Part shown: in pieces, positions 14,030-27,623 of the stretch
Numbering within the stretch: the first letter of the stretch is position 1
How the letters are laid out: each line of letters begins with the position of its first letter
From: Camelus dromedarius
Lineage: Eukaryota
Assembly: GCF_036321535.1 (NCBI RefSeq)
Contig: NC_087437.1
Span: 21,950,001-22,014,000, forward strand
DNA: 64,000 bases
Direction: 5' to 3'
Notes under the pieces: model-generated
Told to the model about the DNA's origin: nothing
Seen by the model: only the letters and a program-made list of their open reading frames with translations
Database searches by the model: none
Translations under genes and position numbers: made by a program

Positions 14030-14346
14030 TACGTCCTTCTCTTTCAAGACTCACTTCGAGCACCAATCATCAATGAGTTTTTCCTGGCTCTCCTGCCTTA
14101 GGTGGAACTGACCCTCCCTCTATTTCCCCCCCCCCGCTGTACTCTGTACACATCTGTATCACAGCACCTAAAGTGCTTGAGAATCCTCACTCTTCTGATT
14201 GTGGCTCTCTCTTTAGGAGGCTGCAAAGCTGTTGAGGGCAAGGACTGTCTGTTTGTGGGCTTTGTATCCTTAGAGTCTAGCCCAGTGTCTGACACACAGT
14301 AGGTGCGTGACTAGCACTGGTTACAAATGAATGAATGAATGAATGA
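14030..14346 (+). mobile_element. L2 3' end
   Basis: cagtgtctgacacacagtaggtgc...tgaatgaatgaatgaatga tail. Confidence 0.7.
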
Positions 14347-17300
14347 GGTAAGAGTCTGCACCCAATATTTCCAATAAGTGATATTCACATCCCAGCAGGT
14401 AGACAGAGCAAGGTTGTGGAGAATTTGGGATCGACAAGGGAAAGAACTAATCTGTCGGTTAGTCAGTCATTCAGTCAGTCTTCTGTCTGTCTGAATGTCC
14501 TCGGGCATCACTCACAACCCGGACTCCCAGGCTGGGGGAGTGATGCATGCTTGGGAATAGGAAATCCAGGGCTGTTTAAATGCCACCCACGCCTAGCACT
14601 GATTTTTGTGGCAACTCTTGCCCAACTCTATTCTCTGTCAGGTGGGGATCTGAGTGAGCAACTCTGGAAAGCCAGGGGCACAAAAGCTGAGGGAATGAGG
14701 TAGAAGGTGATGGAACAGTTTCTAAGCGTTTTATAAATTCTTATTGATCAATGGAATTTGTTTCTTCCAGGTACTTTTTGGCTCTGTTAATGTGAGAAGC
14801 TGCATGGGGTTGCAAATATGACCAATGACAGAATAAGATGACATTAGTGGATGTAAACAGAAAATGTTTGAAGCATCAGATACTTCCCCAAAAGTGTTTT
14901 CAAGACAACACTATCAGTAAGTAGGTCTGATTACCTATCATGCTGTGGCTTACTCGTCTTGTTCACTTTTCCTCTTTCCCAAATCAGAAGGTCACTAATC
15001 CCAAGTTCTATCATCTACTAGCTAGGAAACCTTGGGTAAGTCATTCAGCATAACAGAGGTATAATTTTATCACCTTTTCAATGGCTCAATAAAATCGCCA
15101 CCCCTATTTACATCTCATAGTTGTAATGCAGATTAAATGAAGGGAGAGACATAAACTGAAGTGAGTTTGCCTACCTTTTCTGTTCCTTACCCTGTACTGC
15201 ACCTGTTGGAGACTGCTTATGTCCTGATTTTTTTGGTTGCAAGTGACAGAGAAAAACAACCTAAATAGCCTTAAGTGAAAACAAGATACATTGGCTCTCA
15301 TAACCGAAAAATCCCAATAGACCTGGACTCCAATGGCAACCCTGAAACCCAACCCCTCTCTCTCACCTCTGTTCTCCTTGGTGTTGGCTCCGTTTCCATA
15401 TATTACTGGCCCTTGTGGTCACAAGATGCTTCCAGGAGCAGCAGACCTCATTCATGTCTGTTGGAAAGGAGTAATTATCCTTTTCCTAAGATTCTCAGCA
15501 AAAACCTCATTGAGTTTTATTGACTCTTTTGATCACATGCCCAATGCCAAACCAATCATTGTGACCAGAAAAAAAGTCATATTTTTTTCTGATTGATAAG
15601 GTAGTCACCTGACCATACCTGGAGCCAAGGGTACAATCCACTCCACCATCATTTTATGAGGAAGAGTTGGTGATCCCCCAAGGGAAATTGTGCCCTGGTT
15701 ACCAGTAGGGAGAACAGAGCTAAGTGACAAAATAACAGATGTTAATCACCCATGTGTAACTCCTTAGACCTCAGGCTACACAGGAGTGGTGATAGTGGCC
15801 GGAGGCAGATGGGAGAAACAAAGTGAGTCATGAGAGCATGCAATCTAGGATTCCTCTGGCTTTATCCCCACCTGCTGTGTGGGAGCTCCAGCCCATTAGC
15901 TTCCTCCCAAATTATTCTGGGAGACTTTAGCGAAGAGTCCCATGTGCACTTGTGAAACAATTCTTTCGGTAACGCTCGGGACCTGCAACCCCTTCCCCCT
16001 TTGCTATGGCCTCCTGTGATGTTTCTATGGCTGCCAAGGCCAAGGTACCCCAAACACAGTGCTGCTGCCCCAGGCCCCAATGCCCACCAAGGCGGCAGGG
16101 ATGGTGTGACTGTTTGCTGACTTTGTTCAGCAAACCCTGTAGAAGATGGTGTCTCTTCTCACTTCCCCCAAAGGACCCCACATGAGGACAATACCCTTCA
16201 CTCCCATTTCTGCCATCCAGTCCCTCTCACCTGATGGATGGGTGATCAGGTGGTATGTGCCTAGCCAACCGGTAAGCCAGGGGTTAGGGCCAAGACACAA
16301 CCATTTGTGGTTGTAAAGCCAAGGGACTGGATCCACGGAACCAAAGGAAATTCCTGGATGCAGTGCCCTGTTCAAGTCCCAGTTTGTAGCCTAAGTACAG
16401 GGATGTAGGGGAGCAGGTAGCTGAGAAGCGCCCAGATGGAGAAATGGACTTGAGCTTGAGTTGATGGCCTGATGTGTACCCCCTTTCCCAGAGATGCTGG
16501 CTGGGCAGGCATGGTATTCTGAGACAGGCTGTGCTTTTTTGGCCATAGAGGTTAGTCAAACCTCCCTGTGTGTTATTCCATACTCTTTCGTGCAGTCCTC
16601 TCATGCTGTGAGTCTCTGGAGGCTGGGCTGACCATCAGTGCACAGGGTAGACTACTGAGAACCAGGCTTTTCCTACAGGGGTAGGTGATGATTGCTCTTG
16701 GGCCAGTCCCAGATTTCCAACTCTTTCTCCCTTGGGGGCTGCCCTCTTCATGTAAATCCATAACTGGAGAGGGGATGGTAGCAGTAGTGTTGACTGCCCT
16801 GCTGGTGATTTCTTAGTGTCTTCTTTTTACCTTTTCAGCCTCCCAGTTAACAACTTTATCCCTAGTCAACGGGGGTTTTTTTTTTTTTAAATATTAAATT
16901 CTCATTGCCCAGATAACTGGTATGATTTCTTGTCTCTTGACTGGCCCCTGATGGACATAGCAGTTTTCCATTTTATGAATGAGAAAATAGGGGTTTGTGT
17001 TGGTGAAGGACTTCCCCAAGGTCACAGAGTGGTTCTCTGGGAGTTGAGCCCAGACCTACCTGATGCCAGCATGGTGTGGGGATACTCTACACGATATAAC
17101 ACAGCTGAGATAGGACATGTGGCTTCCACTCCAGGTCACCCTTGGGTTTCCATCCCTGCCTTGGCCTCACCCAGTTCCGTGATGGGATATACTCAACCCA
17201 CTGCCCTGGGGCTGGGAACTCAGGATCTGGCATGGCTGCTGCACAGCTAAAAATGGGACATTGCCTCCAAAAGCTGTATTCCTCTCTAAAACCCTCTCTT

Positions 17301-18639
17301 TAAGATGATTATTTGAACCAACTTCTCAATTTTTCATTTATGTAAAAAGACGTAAATAATAAATCAGTGATAAAACTTTTAGGTGCTAGTGAATCTAGAA
17401 GGATGTGCTAAGGGTTATAAAATGATCTTGACCGAAACTGATTCTCTGGGCCTGACCCAGAATTCTGTCGAGGGGGAAGGAATCTCAAAACACAGCTATT
17501 TTAATCTCACTTTTGTTTTTAAAAGTGTTTCAGGAAACGCTTTTTGATGGAAGACAGGTGGTTGGAGAGAAGAAAGAGAGGCCAAAAGAGAAATCTTTCA
17601 CATCAGACAAGGATGGAGTGCTCATCGTTAAAAGATGAGGAACCTCATTCTGATAGACTACTTGGGGGAAAGGCACAATGACATTACTTGGAATCTGGCC
17701 AAAGAAGGGACTATGACCGGCCATTTCTGACTTTGTTCAGCATATTCCTGGATCTCAATGTCTTTATAATGCCTTAGAGATAGAATTTTTTCCCCCTAAT
17801 ATGAAGAATGCCACAGTCCACTAGCAGAAATTGAGCTATGTTTTAATTTCATCCTCATGAATATCTAATTAGAACTGGTACCCCAAAGAAAAATAAATGA
17901 GTGGTTAAATAATGTTTGTCAAGAAATAATGAGTAACGTTATTAGATGAATGGAAAAAGGCCAACCCAGACGTGTCTGTGAAAACAGAAGAGACAATCCA
18001 GCTCCTGGATCACTACCTAGGAATGAGGGCAGGGCTCTCATTCCAGCCAGTGATAAGTTGTTTTCCTTGATGTTTCTCTAATAGAAAAACACAATCATAT
18101 GAGCAAAGAATCATTTTCACAAGTTTGGAAAACGAAGGCCACCTAATTTTGTGTCACCATGAAAGAATGTTCCTAGGATACTCACTGACAAATACAATTT
18201 TTATAAAAAATTGGTGTTCAGAATCAGGCCAGGGAGTTGAACATTCAGAATTTATTAAATATTAAGTGTTGCCAGATAAAAGCCCCAAGAAAAGTGAGTA
18301 TTTCTCCTGTCTAGTTCCTTCCCTCCCTTCTGGTATTCCAGTACCTTGCTTTCTCAGTGCCTGTATTCAACTTGACTATTTCTCAGAGGCTCCTGCTGTT
18401 TATGCTCTTTACTCATTACTGAATTTTAAAGAGGGAAAAATGACAGAATCCATGACTTTTCTACCAGTCGGAAAGAGCTTTCTCAAGTAGCATATTTCAC
18501 AATCTTTTGCATGACTGTTACTGAGAGCACTGTTGGAGCATTTTCTAAAATTGCCTTTCTCCATTTTTCAAATCAGCAGTGAAAGCAGAGAGAAGACAAC
18601 AATGTCACCGTGCTGTCCTGGAGAAGATCACAAGCCACT

Positions 18640-18830
18640 AAGGGCCAAGAGATCTGAACTTGGAGTTTTGGTTCAGCCATTCACTAGCTGTGTGACCCTT
18701 GGGCAGGTTACTTAACGTCTCAGAGCCTTAATTTCCTCATCTATAAAATGGGGTGATGAACCTCATAGGTGTGACGGGTAAAACAGACTCTATGCCTGAC
18801 ACATTGTGTGTGCCCACGGAGTCACTATTT
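18640..18830 (+). mobile_element. MIR SINE
   Basis: agctgtgtgacccttgggcaggttacttaac...tttcctcatctataaaatgggg (MIR core). Confidence 0.8.
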
Positions 18831-19529
18831 AATGAAAATGCAGGAGCTCAAACAGGATTGGAGTGAGGGTCACCTCTTGCCAGGGCATCAGCTGTGTATG
18901 ATAGAGAAACACTTCCATGAAGTTCACTGAAACTTTTCATTCATATTTGTTGAACTCTTACTGTATCAAAAGTGCTTACAAAGTGCTAAGTAAGCTACAA
19001 CCCATGCTTTCAGAAAATTTGTAGTCTAGAAGGGTCATGAGGGAAAGTCCAAGTGACTTAGGTACAGAAGATAAGAAGGGATCTGAGAGTGGGACAAGCA
19101 GTGAGCTCTGGAGAGTCTCCGGATGGCGTGTCGTTGGGTCCCGAGAACCAGAGGTGGGTGGTGCAGGTGGCTAGGGTTGGACCAAGGAGACGTGATGGGG
19201 ACATTTCAGGGGAGCAAACAGTATAAACAAGACCGTGCAGTTTATCTGCCGAGCTAACCTGTTTGGCCAAAGCACAGGGTGATGGTGGGAGAATAGTAGG
19301 AAATAAAGCTGGTTGGAGCCCAACTTTGGAGAACCCCGAGGAGTAAGTGGATTAGGGAGTTTGGTTGATTGGTTTTGTTTTTAAATAGGTGGTAATGCGG
19401 AGCCACTGGTAGCATCAAACATGCTCAAGTCTCTGTTACTTTCTTTTTCCGCTCCAGCTAGACCCGATCTCTCTCTTCTCCCTTTCAGTCCTGCTTCTTG
19501 AAAGTCCTACTTTGTCTGAAACTCAGATG

Positions 19530-21110
19530 CTTCGGAACCACTGCAGCCTGGCTTCTGTCCCATCATTCTGCTTGGAGCTGCCTAATCAAGCACCAGGGAC
19601 ATTCTTGGTGCCACTTCGCAGTCGTATCACACTGACACACTGACTCTTCCTCCTGCACTGTCTTTGCTCAGCTTCCAGAACCCAGCACCTCCTTGGATTT
19701 CGTCTAACACCTGGAGCGGCTCTCTCTCATCTCAGATCCTTAGCAGGCTCGTCTCTCTCTGCCCATCCTGAACTACCAGCATGCCTCGGGGATCTGACCA
19801 CAGGCCTCCTGCCTCTTCCTCCGCAGCTCTTACCACTGAAGATACCCAGATCCTCATCTGCTTTCGCATCACATTTCCTTCTTCCCTTACAGACAGCTCC
19901 ACTTGGGTGTTCCTCACGCACCTTAATCGCAGTGTGTCCAGCTGAACTCATTGGTTTCCCCCATCCTGTGGTCTCTACCTTAATAAACGGCGCCACAATC
20001 CACGCGCTGCCTAAGCCAGAAATTTGATGTCGACCGAGCCTCTTTCCTCTCCTTTATTTCCCACATTCAGCCACCAAGACCTATTGCTTCTGCCCTTGCC
20101 TGTTCCTTGAATCCATTTGTCTCTCTTCCTCCCCACCGCTATGCTCTTCTAGCCTCTGCTAGTCCTGAGTGGTCTTCTGTTCTCTGCCATCCATTCTTCA
20201 CATTGCAATCAGTTGGTGTGTGTTTTTTTTTTTTAAATTGAGGTTTATTCAATAAATGGTTTGTTGACAATTGATCAAGAATTTTTTTCTATTTTACTGT
20301 TCTTTTTAATTGAAATATGGTTGATTTACAGTATTGTGTCAATTTCAGGTGTATAGCAAAGTGATTCGGTTATACATATATGTGTATATATCTGTATTTT
20401 TTTTATTATTTTGTTGGGGCTTTTTGGAATGCAAATATTGTCCCCTAATTCAAACCCTCAATAGTACCTATTACTCTTAGGGATGAGTTGCAGACTTGTC
20501 ACGGCTTACAGACCCTACAGGATCTGCAGAACTGACCTTGAAATGTCCAATGGGTTTTACTCTAAGATTCTTTAATGATTCCCATTGCCCTCAAACGCAG
20601 GGAGTTCATCAGATCTTTCATTCCCTGGCTCTTGTCTGCCTCTCCAGCTCCTCCCTGGACTTTCACCTATGTGCACATTGCCCTCCAATCATCTTGAACC
20701 TTTTCTAGGTCCTGGGATGGGCTAAGGTCTCCTCTGTGCCCAATGGTGTACCTGCTGCTTCCTCTGCATGGAGAATTTGTCTTCCCTTCTGCACTTGGCA
20801 TGTCCTGTTTATTTTAAAAAATTATTTTCCTTGGTCTCTTCCTCCAGGGAGCCTTTCCAGACTTTCAAGTATAGGCTAGGGGCCCTACTAAGTGCTCCAG
20901 TTGTTCTTTTTGTTTCCTCTAGCATTTATGCTTCTGTATTGTGATTGTCAACTCACCTGCCAGATTCCTCTTTTAGACTGTAAGTTTGGTGTGGAAAAGA
21001 CCATGTCTAATGTATTCATTGTCGTATTTCCAGCACCATTCACCAGTGCATGACCATAGTAGGTATTCAACAGATATGTTTTAGGTGAACGAATGCATGA
21101 ATTCAACAAA
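19530..21110 (+). mobile_element. Fragmented L2 with small L1 3' insert (about 20300-20410)
   Basis: Pyrimidine-rich L2 body ending tagactgtaag...gtaggtattcaacagatatgtt...gaatgcatgaa. Confidence 0.55.
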
Positions 21111-22236
21111 AGTTATGACTATAATGACAAAAAATTAGAAACAGCAGCTATTAAATTTTATCATTCATTCATTCAATCACTGTTTACTAAGGATTTATCA
21201 TGTGCCAGGCACTGGGTTGAGAAAGTGGTCATGAAAAAGCTACAGTAGAAATAATGAAAACATGTTTGTACTGCAATATAATGTAAAATAAATAACTAAA
21301 CAAAACCAGAATACCAAACTGGGTATACACTATGATTCCAACTCTATAAAATATGTGGGAGTCAGCCTCGTGTTGTGCAGTGGTTTTTAAGGTTTTTCTA
21401 TTTTTAGACAAAGGCTTTTTGTCCGAATGAAATCTTAGAAGCCCAAAATATAAACCAGGAAAAAAAAAAAAAAAAAGCAGAGATTTTCTGCTTGATAGAG
21501 GGGTGGGGGCCAGGGCCCCTGGTCCCCACCTGCACCCCCCAGCCGGAAGGCAGCCACTGCGGCATGTTCAGAGAGGATTATGTGAAAATCCCCAGAATAG
21601 ACTTCTGGTTAAACACTGCCATTTAAAAACATGCACTTTTCTTTGATCCCTTCCAAAAAAGCCACTGAAATGACAGCAAACAAGCCCAAACGGTCCAAAT
21701 CCACAAGGACAGAGGGAAGCGGTGAAGAGTCAATGTCAGTTCTGTGGGGAAACAGGGACAGGGGCTGGACCAGGGTGACTAACCCAGCAGAACTGAAACA
21801 CAACAAAAATCCGGGTGTCGGCAGAGGGAGAGCTGTTAAGAGGGAAGGCAGCTCATGGCACCGCACCCTAGAAAGGCCCTGGAATTGGCCTCTTCTGAAA
21901 GAGAGGATAGGGGGCAGAGCTGCAAACAGGAGGTTTATGGAAAATCTTGAAGGAGCAGTCAGCAGCCAAATGGCTACCTTTCTCCCACCCCAGCAGACAC
22001 CAGGTTTACTCTTTGGGGAGAGTGAACTGGATGAGGCTCCAGACTCAGGATACGGGCCAGCAAGGGTGGTAGACACACCTGACTGGAGGAGAATGAACTG
22101 ATTGGTCTAGAGTTGGACATGAGACCCAAATTAGGTCAATTAAGTCCATCCTTGGTGTTTTTATATTCTGGAGTTTGTAGAGAAAGGCAGAGTTAGAAGA
22201 ATGAAGTCAAACACAGATGAGAGAGAAAGAGAGATT

Positions 22237-22237
22237 G

Positions 22238-22293
<56 letters not shown>
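22237..22293. repeat. (TG)n microsatellite
   Basis: Long TG run with one TT interruption. Confidence 0.95.
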
Positions 22294-22296
<3 letters not shown>

Positions 22297-22385
22297 TGAG
22301 GCCCTGGCTCTAGTCCTTGAGGTGACTGGCTTTGACTGGTTCCTGTAACCCTTCCTTCAATTCTGTCAACTACCCGGTACCCCTC

Positions 22386-22789
22386 TGTATTAGTTTGCTG
22401 CAGCTGCCATGACAAAAGTGCCACAGACCGTGTGGCTTTAACATCAGAAATGTATTTCCTCATGGTCCTAGAGGCTGGGAAGTCCAAGGTGAAGACATCG
22501 GCAGAGCTGGTTTCTTCTGAGGCCTCTCTCCTTGGCTTGTAGATGGCCATCTTCCCCCAGTGTCTTCACGTGGTCCCCCCTCTGTCTGTGCTATCGGCAT
22601 CCCAATCTCCTCTTGTTAGAAGGATGCCAGTCAGACTGAAGTAGGGCCCCACTCTAATGACCTCATTTTACCTTAATTACTTCTTAAAGCCCCCTCTCTC
22701 CATACAGTTACATTCTGAGGTACTGGTATTAAAGTCTTCAGCATATGAATTTTGAGAGCAGGGGTGGGAATACAATTTAGCCCATAGCA
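22386..22789. mobile_element. MLT1 (MaLR) solo LTR
   Basis: TGtattagtttgct...gaggctgggaagtccaag...acattctgaggtactgg...cccatagCA, classic MLT1 motifs. Confidence 0.85.
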
Positions 22790-23543
22790 ACAAATATGGA
22801 CTGCAAGTAAGTAGTGTCTGTCTGTCTATCTTTCTTTCTCCCTCTCTCTCCCTTTTCCTTCCTTCCTTCCTTCTTTTCTTCCTATTTCTAGTTTAGTTTC
22901 TGCCACTTGGACCCAAAGAGCTCTGATTTACCATTCCCTCATCTCTGTGTACTGCCCGGTGGACATTATTGTCTTCCTTAACTGTTCTTTAGATCTGCAC
23001 AGCCGTTCACCTTTCCTGGATTTATGTTCCTTAAAATGAGAAGTGGATCATAGTTTGCACAGAACAGAGACTGGCGTATGGTGTGTGTTATGCAAGGCTG
23101 TCTATTATTTAGTCCTTCAGTAGTCTCCACAGGGAATACATGTCATGTACATGGTAGATGCTCAGTAAATATTTATTAATTCTATTTTGCAGCTGTAGGT
23201 GCTGTAACAAATGGTTCTTAAAGATATCTTCATTAATCAGTATCTAGCTATTTGCCAAGGTAGGGATATCTTTTTTTTTTTTTTTAGATATTAGTTATTA
23301 TTTTATTTGGAACTTAAAAATAATCACACAAACCTAAATATTTTGTTTTAATATAATTAAATGTATATAATTATGATTCTACTATTATGATGATACTCCC
23401 TTTTTTTTTTTTCCCCGATGGAAGATTTTGGTTTATTACACATATATCTACATATCTTATTTAGCATGCACATATATTTACATGCACACATACTTTTTTG
23501 TCTTCCTTTCTAAATTTTTTAACTGCACCTATGGGTTCAATTG

Positions 23544-23710
23544 CTTTTTTTTTTTTTTTAACATTTTTTATTGATTTATAATCATTTTACAATGTTGTGT
23601 CAAATTCCAGTGTTCAGCACAATTTTTCAGTTATTCATGGACATATACACACTCATTGTCACATTTTTTTCTCTGTGAGTTATCATAACCTTTTGTGTAT
23701 ATTTCCAGGG
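23544..23710 (-). mobile_element. Young-looking L1 3' end with poly(T) tail
   Basis: T15 tail followed by L1 3'UTR sequence (ttttacaatgttgtgtcaaattccagtg). Confidence 0.75.
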
Positions 23711-26284
23711 ATATCTTTATAATGTTCTTTTTCATTATTTGGTCCATGGCCACTATAGACAGCGGTAACTCTGGAGCACCTATCTTAAATACTTTAAGTT
23801 GACACAATAAACAAGTAAAGGGCATTTTCTTGCCATTTAGAAGTTCTGTCATTTAGGAGGAGAGCCTGTAGTTAAAAGTCACGGTCACTGGCTTCTGGCC
23901 CTGGGACTCCCCCTACACTGTGAGGCTGGACAAAAGTCTTATGTTCTCTGGGCTCTGGCTTCTTTACTGATAAACTGAAGCTGGATTATGCAATCTTTAG
24001 GGTCTTTAACATTCTATATCACTTATCTTTGAAAGAACACCTTACCTGAGCTACTCAGATCCTTTAAAAGTTACATTCGCCCTCCTTTCCAACTTTGAAT
24101 ATAACCTTTAGTAATTCTAATACATAGTTAGATGTATTTTCCAGCATCAGTTATATAAATGAGCAGTAAATTATTAAAATTTGGCAAAGATTAGTATCAG
24201 GTATATTATCTTTTAATAAGCTGATCATTTTATTTTCTGATGAGTAGCCCTCCCTCCAAAAGAAATCAGCAAGAGGGTAAGAAGACAATTAGAAATGCTA
24301 TTTCGTATTGAGTTTTAACTCCTTGCCCATTTTCAGTTTCATCAGAATAGGGTTTTGAGGCTTGACCTTGTAGTCAATTAGTCAGTCTGCAACTGTAGAG
24401 TCTCTGGCACTGCCAAGAGGAAGATGAAGGTAAAGTGAGGGTTAATCTCCCTCCATCGGCCTTGTGGGCAGATTCACACCCCAGCAGCAGGGGGCAGTCT
24501 TCTCAGCTGAGGCAGCTCGCCCACCGCTGGCTCTGCAGATCTACATGTGATAATTTATTAGTCCTACCATCCTGGGAGGCAGGAGGACCCACTCTGTATC
24601 TGACACACAGAGCAAATCATTGTTTAACAGACCCTCCTCCCTACATCATTTCCAGTAATAATAATAATAAAGTAAAATGATAATACTATGAACAGAAAAA
24701 AAAAACACAGTGAGATTTTTCTTTTATTGAACTTGGTATACACAATCACACCAATAAAAATAAATAATTAAGTAATAAGATAAATTATTACAGGATCCAA
24801 AAAGAGGAAAAAGTAGTGGATTAATACTTCAAAATTACATTATTATTTTTCAAATGAATGTCTTGGTCTGCCACAGAAATAAATAACATTAAGGTTAATA
24901 GTAAGTGAATAAAAATTAAGAAAAATGATGATTAAAAAGGAATCAATTTCAGTTTTAAAGATATTATTCAAATGCTGTTAAGTTTTCATGAATGAACTAA
25001 AACTTGCACTTAGCAGACAAAAATATTACACCTTGCAGTTTGCACTCTTTCACTCTTTTAAATTTTAATCACAAATTAAAGCTCCAAGTGGTCACATAAA
25101 AATGAGACAATTAAACTGAATGAGAGAACTGAAATAGTTCTAGTTCTGTTGCCGTTGAGACTGCCGCTACTTATTTCAAATCTAGCGTTTAAATGCAGAA
25201 GCAGAGAGTTGCACTGGAGTTAAAGCCATAAAGTGTGCCCAAAGCAGGCATGAATGATTCTAAACCATTAGGAACTACACTCTCCAACAGACACATGTAG
25301 ATAAGGCCATTTATGCCAGGGCTTCTGTGAGTGAACTTCCATGTAGAATATAATATTTATTAAAGGATAAGCAATTAAACATGCTAATATTATCCATTAT
25401 AAAATTGAAGAGTAGCTAAAGAATTTTTTTAGAATTTAGATAAACAAAAGACTTGGGAGGGAGAGTATCTCACATTGTATCCGACGGTGAGTAAAATTGC
25501 GAGTGTGTTATTTTTTAAAAGTAGGCCAACTTAGTCTGTTTTTATCATTGTTTTAAAAGTCTCTGCAGACAATTCACTCCCTTATTGCCTGGGACCACTC
25601 TTATGACTACTCTCGGAACACCAGTGCCACAGGAAATTAGGAAAATTAATATAGGAACTATAAACTAAAGCCAGATGTATTCAGTTTGTAACACCCTCCC
25701 TCCTTCCCCATTCCGCAGCCACGGGAGCCCCGGCAACTCGCAGGGCAAGGAGCCTGCCCAAGGTTGCTTATCATAGACTCAGAAATGACAGCAGAGGCCG
25801 TGTGTCTACCCGTGAGTGCGTAGCAGGAGTTAGGGTGTGTTTGCGTGCAGACATGCATGTTTGCCTGTGGGCGTGAGGTTAGCAAGGCTGGTAAAGAGCC
25901 CTGAGAATACACATAAAATGAATTTGTGCCCTCTCCTGGAAACAATGGGAAATTTTGGTTTTAAAATTAATGTGGATTTAGACAGCTTCTCCAAGAAGTT
26001 CAGAATACCACACAGACACCATTTAATTCGTATTCTCAGTTTTCCTGTGAGTTTGGTCAGAGATTCCTATAAGCAGGAGGAAACTGTGAAGGTATATTCA
26101 GGGATTTTCGCCCCCACCCCACCCCAGGGTGAGTTTATTCAACAATAGCTGAGTTTTAGATATAACCGTAGGAAAGGAAAAGAATGAGACCAAGTCAAGA
26201 AGAAGAAATCATTTTGGAGTATAAAATTTGACAATACCTGGTACAGTTGAAGACAGTATTCCCGATGATCCAGCCATTCACTTT

Positions 26285-27623
26285 TTAAAAATCTGTATTT
26301 TAATATAATTTTTAAAGGTTACTTTTCATTTACAGTCATTACAAAATACTGGCTATATTTCCCGAGTTGTACATTACATCCCTGTAGACTGTCTTACACC
26401 CAATAGTTTGTACCTCCCACTCCCCCACTTCTGTATCGCCCCTCCACCTCGCCACTGGTAACCACTAGTTTGTTCTCTGTATCTGTGAGTGGGCTTCTTT
26501 TTTGTTATCTTTGTTAGTTTGTTATATTTTTAGATTTCACATTAAAGTGCTATCATATAGTATTTGTCTTTCTCTGACTTACTTCACTAAGCATAATAGC
26601 CTCCAAGTGCATCCATGTTGTTACAAATGGCAAATTTTCATTTTTTATGGCTGAGTAGTAGTCCATTGTATATATGTACCACAACTTACACAGAACAAAC
26701 TAGTGGTTTCCAGAGGGGAGAAGGAAGCAGGGAGGGGTAAGATGGGCAGTGAAATGGAGCAGGACCCTATGGAGCCTTCCCAGGACAGACCTTCCCACCA
26801 TGTCCTCTGCCTGCCTCTTGTCTGTAGAAAGTCTTTAGTCAAAGAAAAAGTTTAATCAGAGAAATAAGAAAATACAGAAACAAAGGGAAATAGTCAAGTA
26901 AAGCAAAATGATAATAGTTCAGTCATTAAGCAAAGTCAAGGACATTTAGTTCCTCCTCAAGGGCTGTAGATAATATTCTGAGCCGTATCCTTTGAGCCAT
27001 CTTGTAGATACTGAAACCCCCACTGGATGGAAGAAGTTAACTATTTGTTGACCAGACTGTGGCCATGACATAAGTCTCCACTTTCTGAGAACTGGTCTCA
27101 AAGAGAGGGGAACAAACTGACCCTGGAACTGAAGATTAACTGCACTTAAAACAATCAAGATGACACTGATCAGACCACTGCAGGACCAATTTTGAGATGA
27201 CTGTCAGAGCTGACTGTGCTTTTCTGCATGTAGTCCCCTTCCTCTGCCTATACACTCCTGAAACCCCCCTTTAAAAGCTCTTGCCTACTGATCGGCAAGG
27301 GAGGAGATGTCCTCTGGACACGAGTCCTCCCTCTGCACCCCCCCCCACCCCTGCTGTTGCCAGCCTCCTGAATAAAGCAAACTTTACTCTCTACCAACAC
27401 ATGTATTGGCTTTCGAGAGGCAAGCAGTGGACCTAAGTAGGGGATTAAGAGGCACAACCTATTATGTTTAAAATAAGCTAGAAAGATATATTGCACAATA
27501 TAAGGAATATAGCCAATATTTTATAATAACTATAAGTGAAGTATAACCTTTAAAAATTATGAATCATTATATTGTACACCTGTTATGTATACTGCATATC
27601 AATTAGACTTCAATAAAAAAAAT
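26285..27623. mobile_element. Two head-to-head L1 3' ends; plus-strand copy interrupted by an LTR
   Basis: Minus-strand L1 3'UTR 26285-26684. Plus-strand L1 3'UTR 26686-26749 resumes at about 27436-27623 and ends in aataaaaaaaa. Confidence 0.75.
26750..27435 (+). mobile_element. ERV solo LTR (ERV1-like)
   Basis: Starts TGaaatggagcagg. TATA-like tttaaaa at about 27270, AATAAA at 27371. Splits an L1 3'UTR. Confidence 0.7.

Noticed and set aside
21609..22101. Overlapping 155/156-aa ORFs on opposite strands
   Set aside because: No recognisable homology or convincing splice context.
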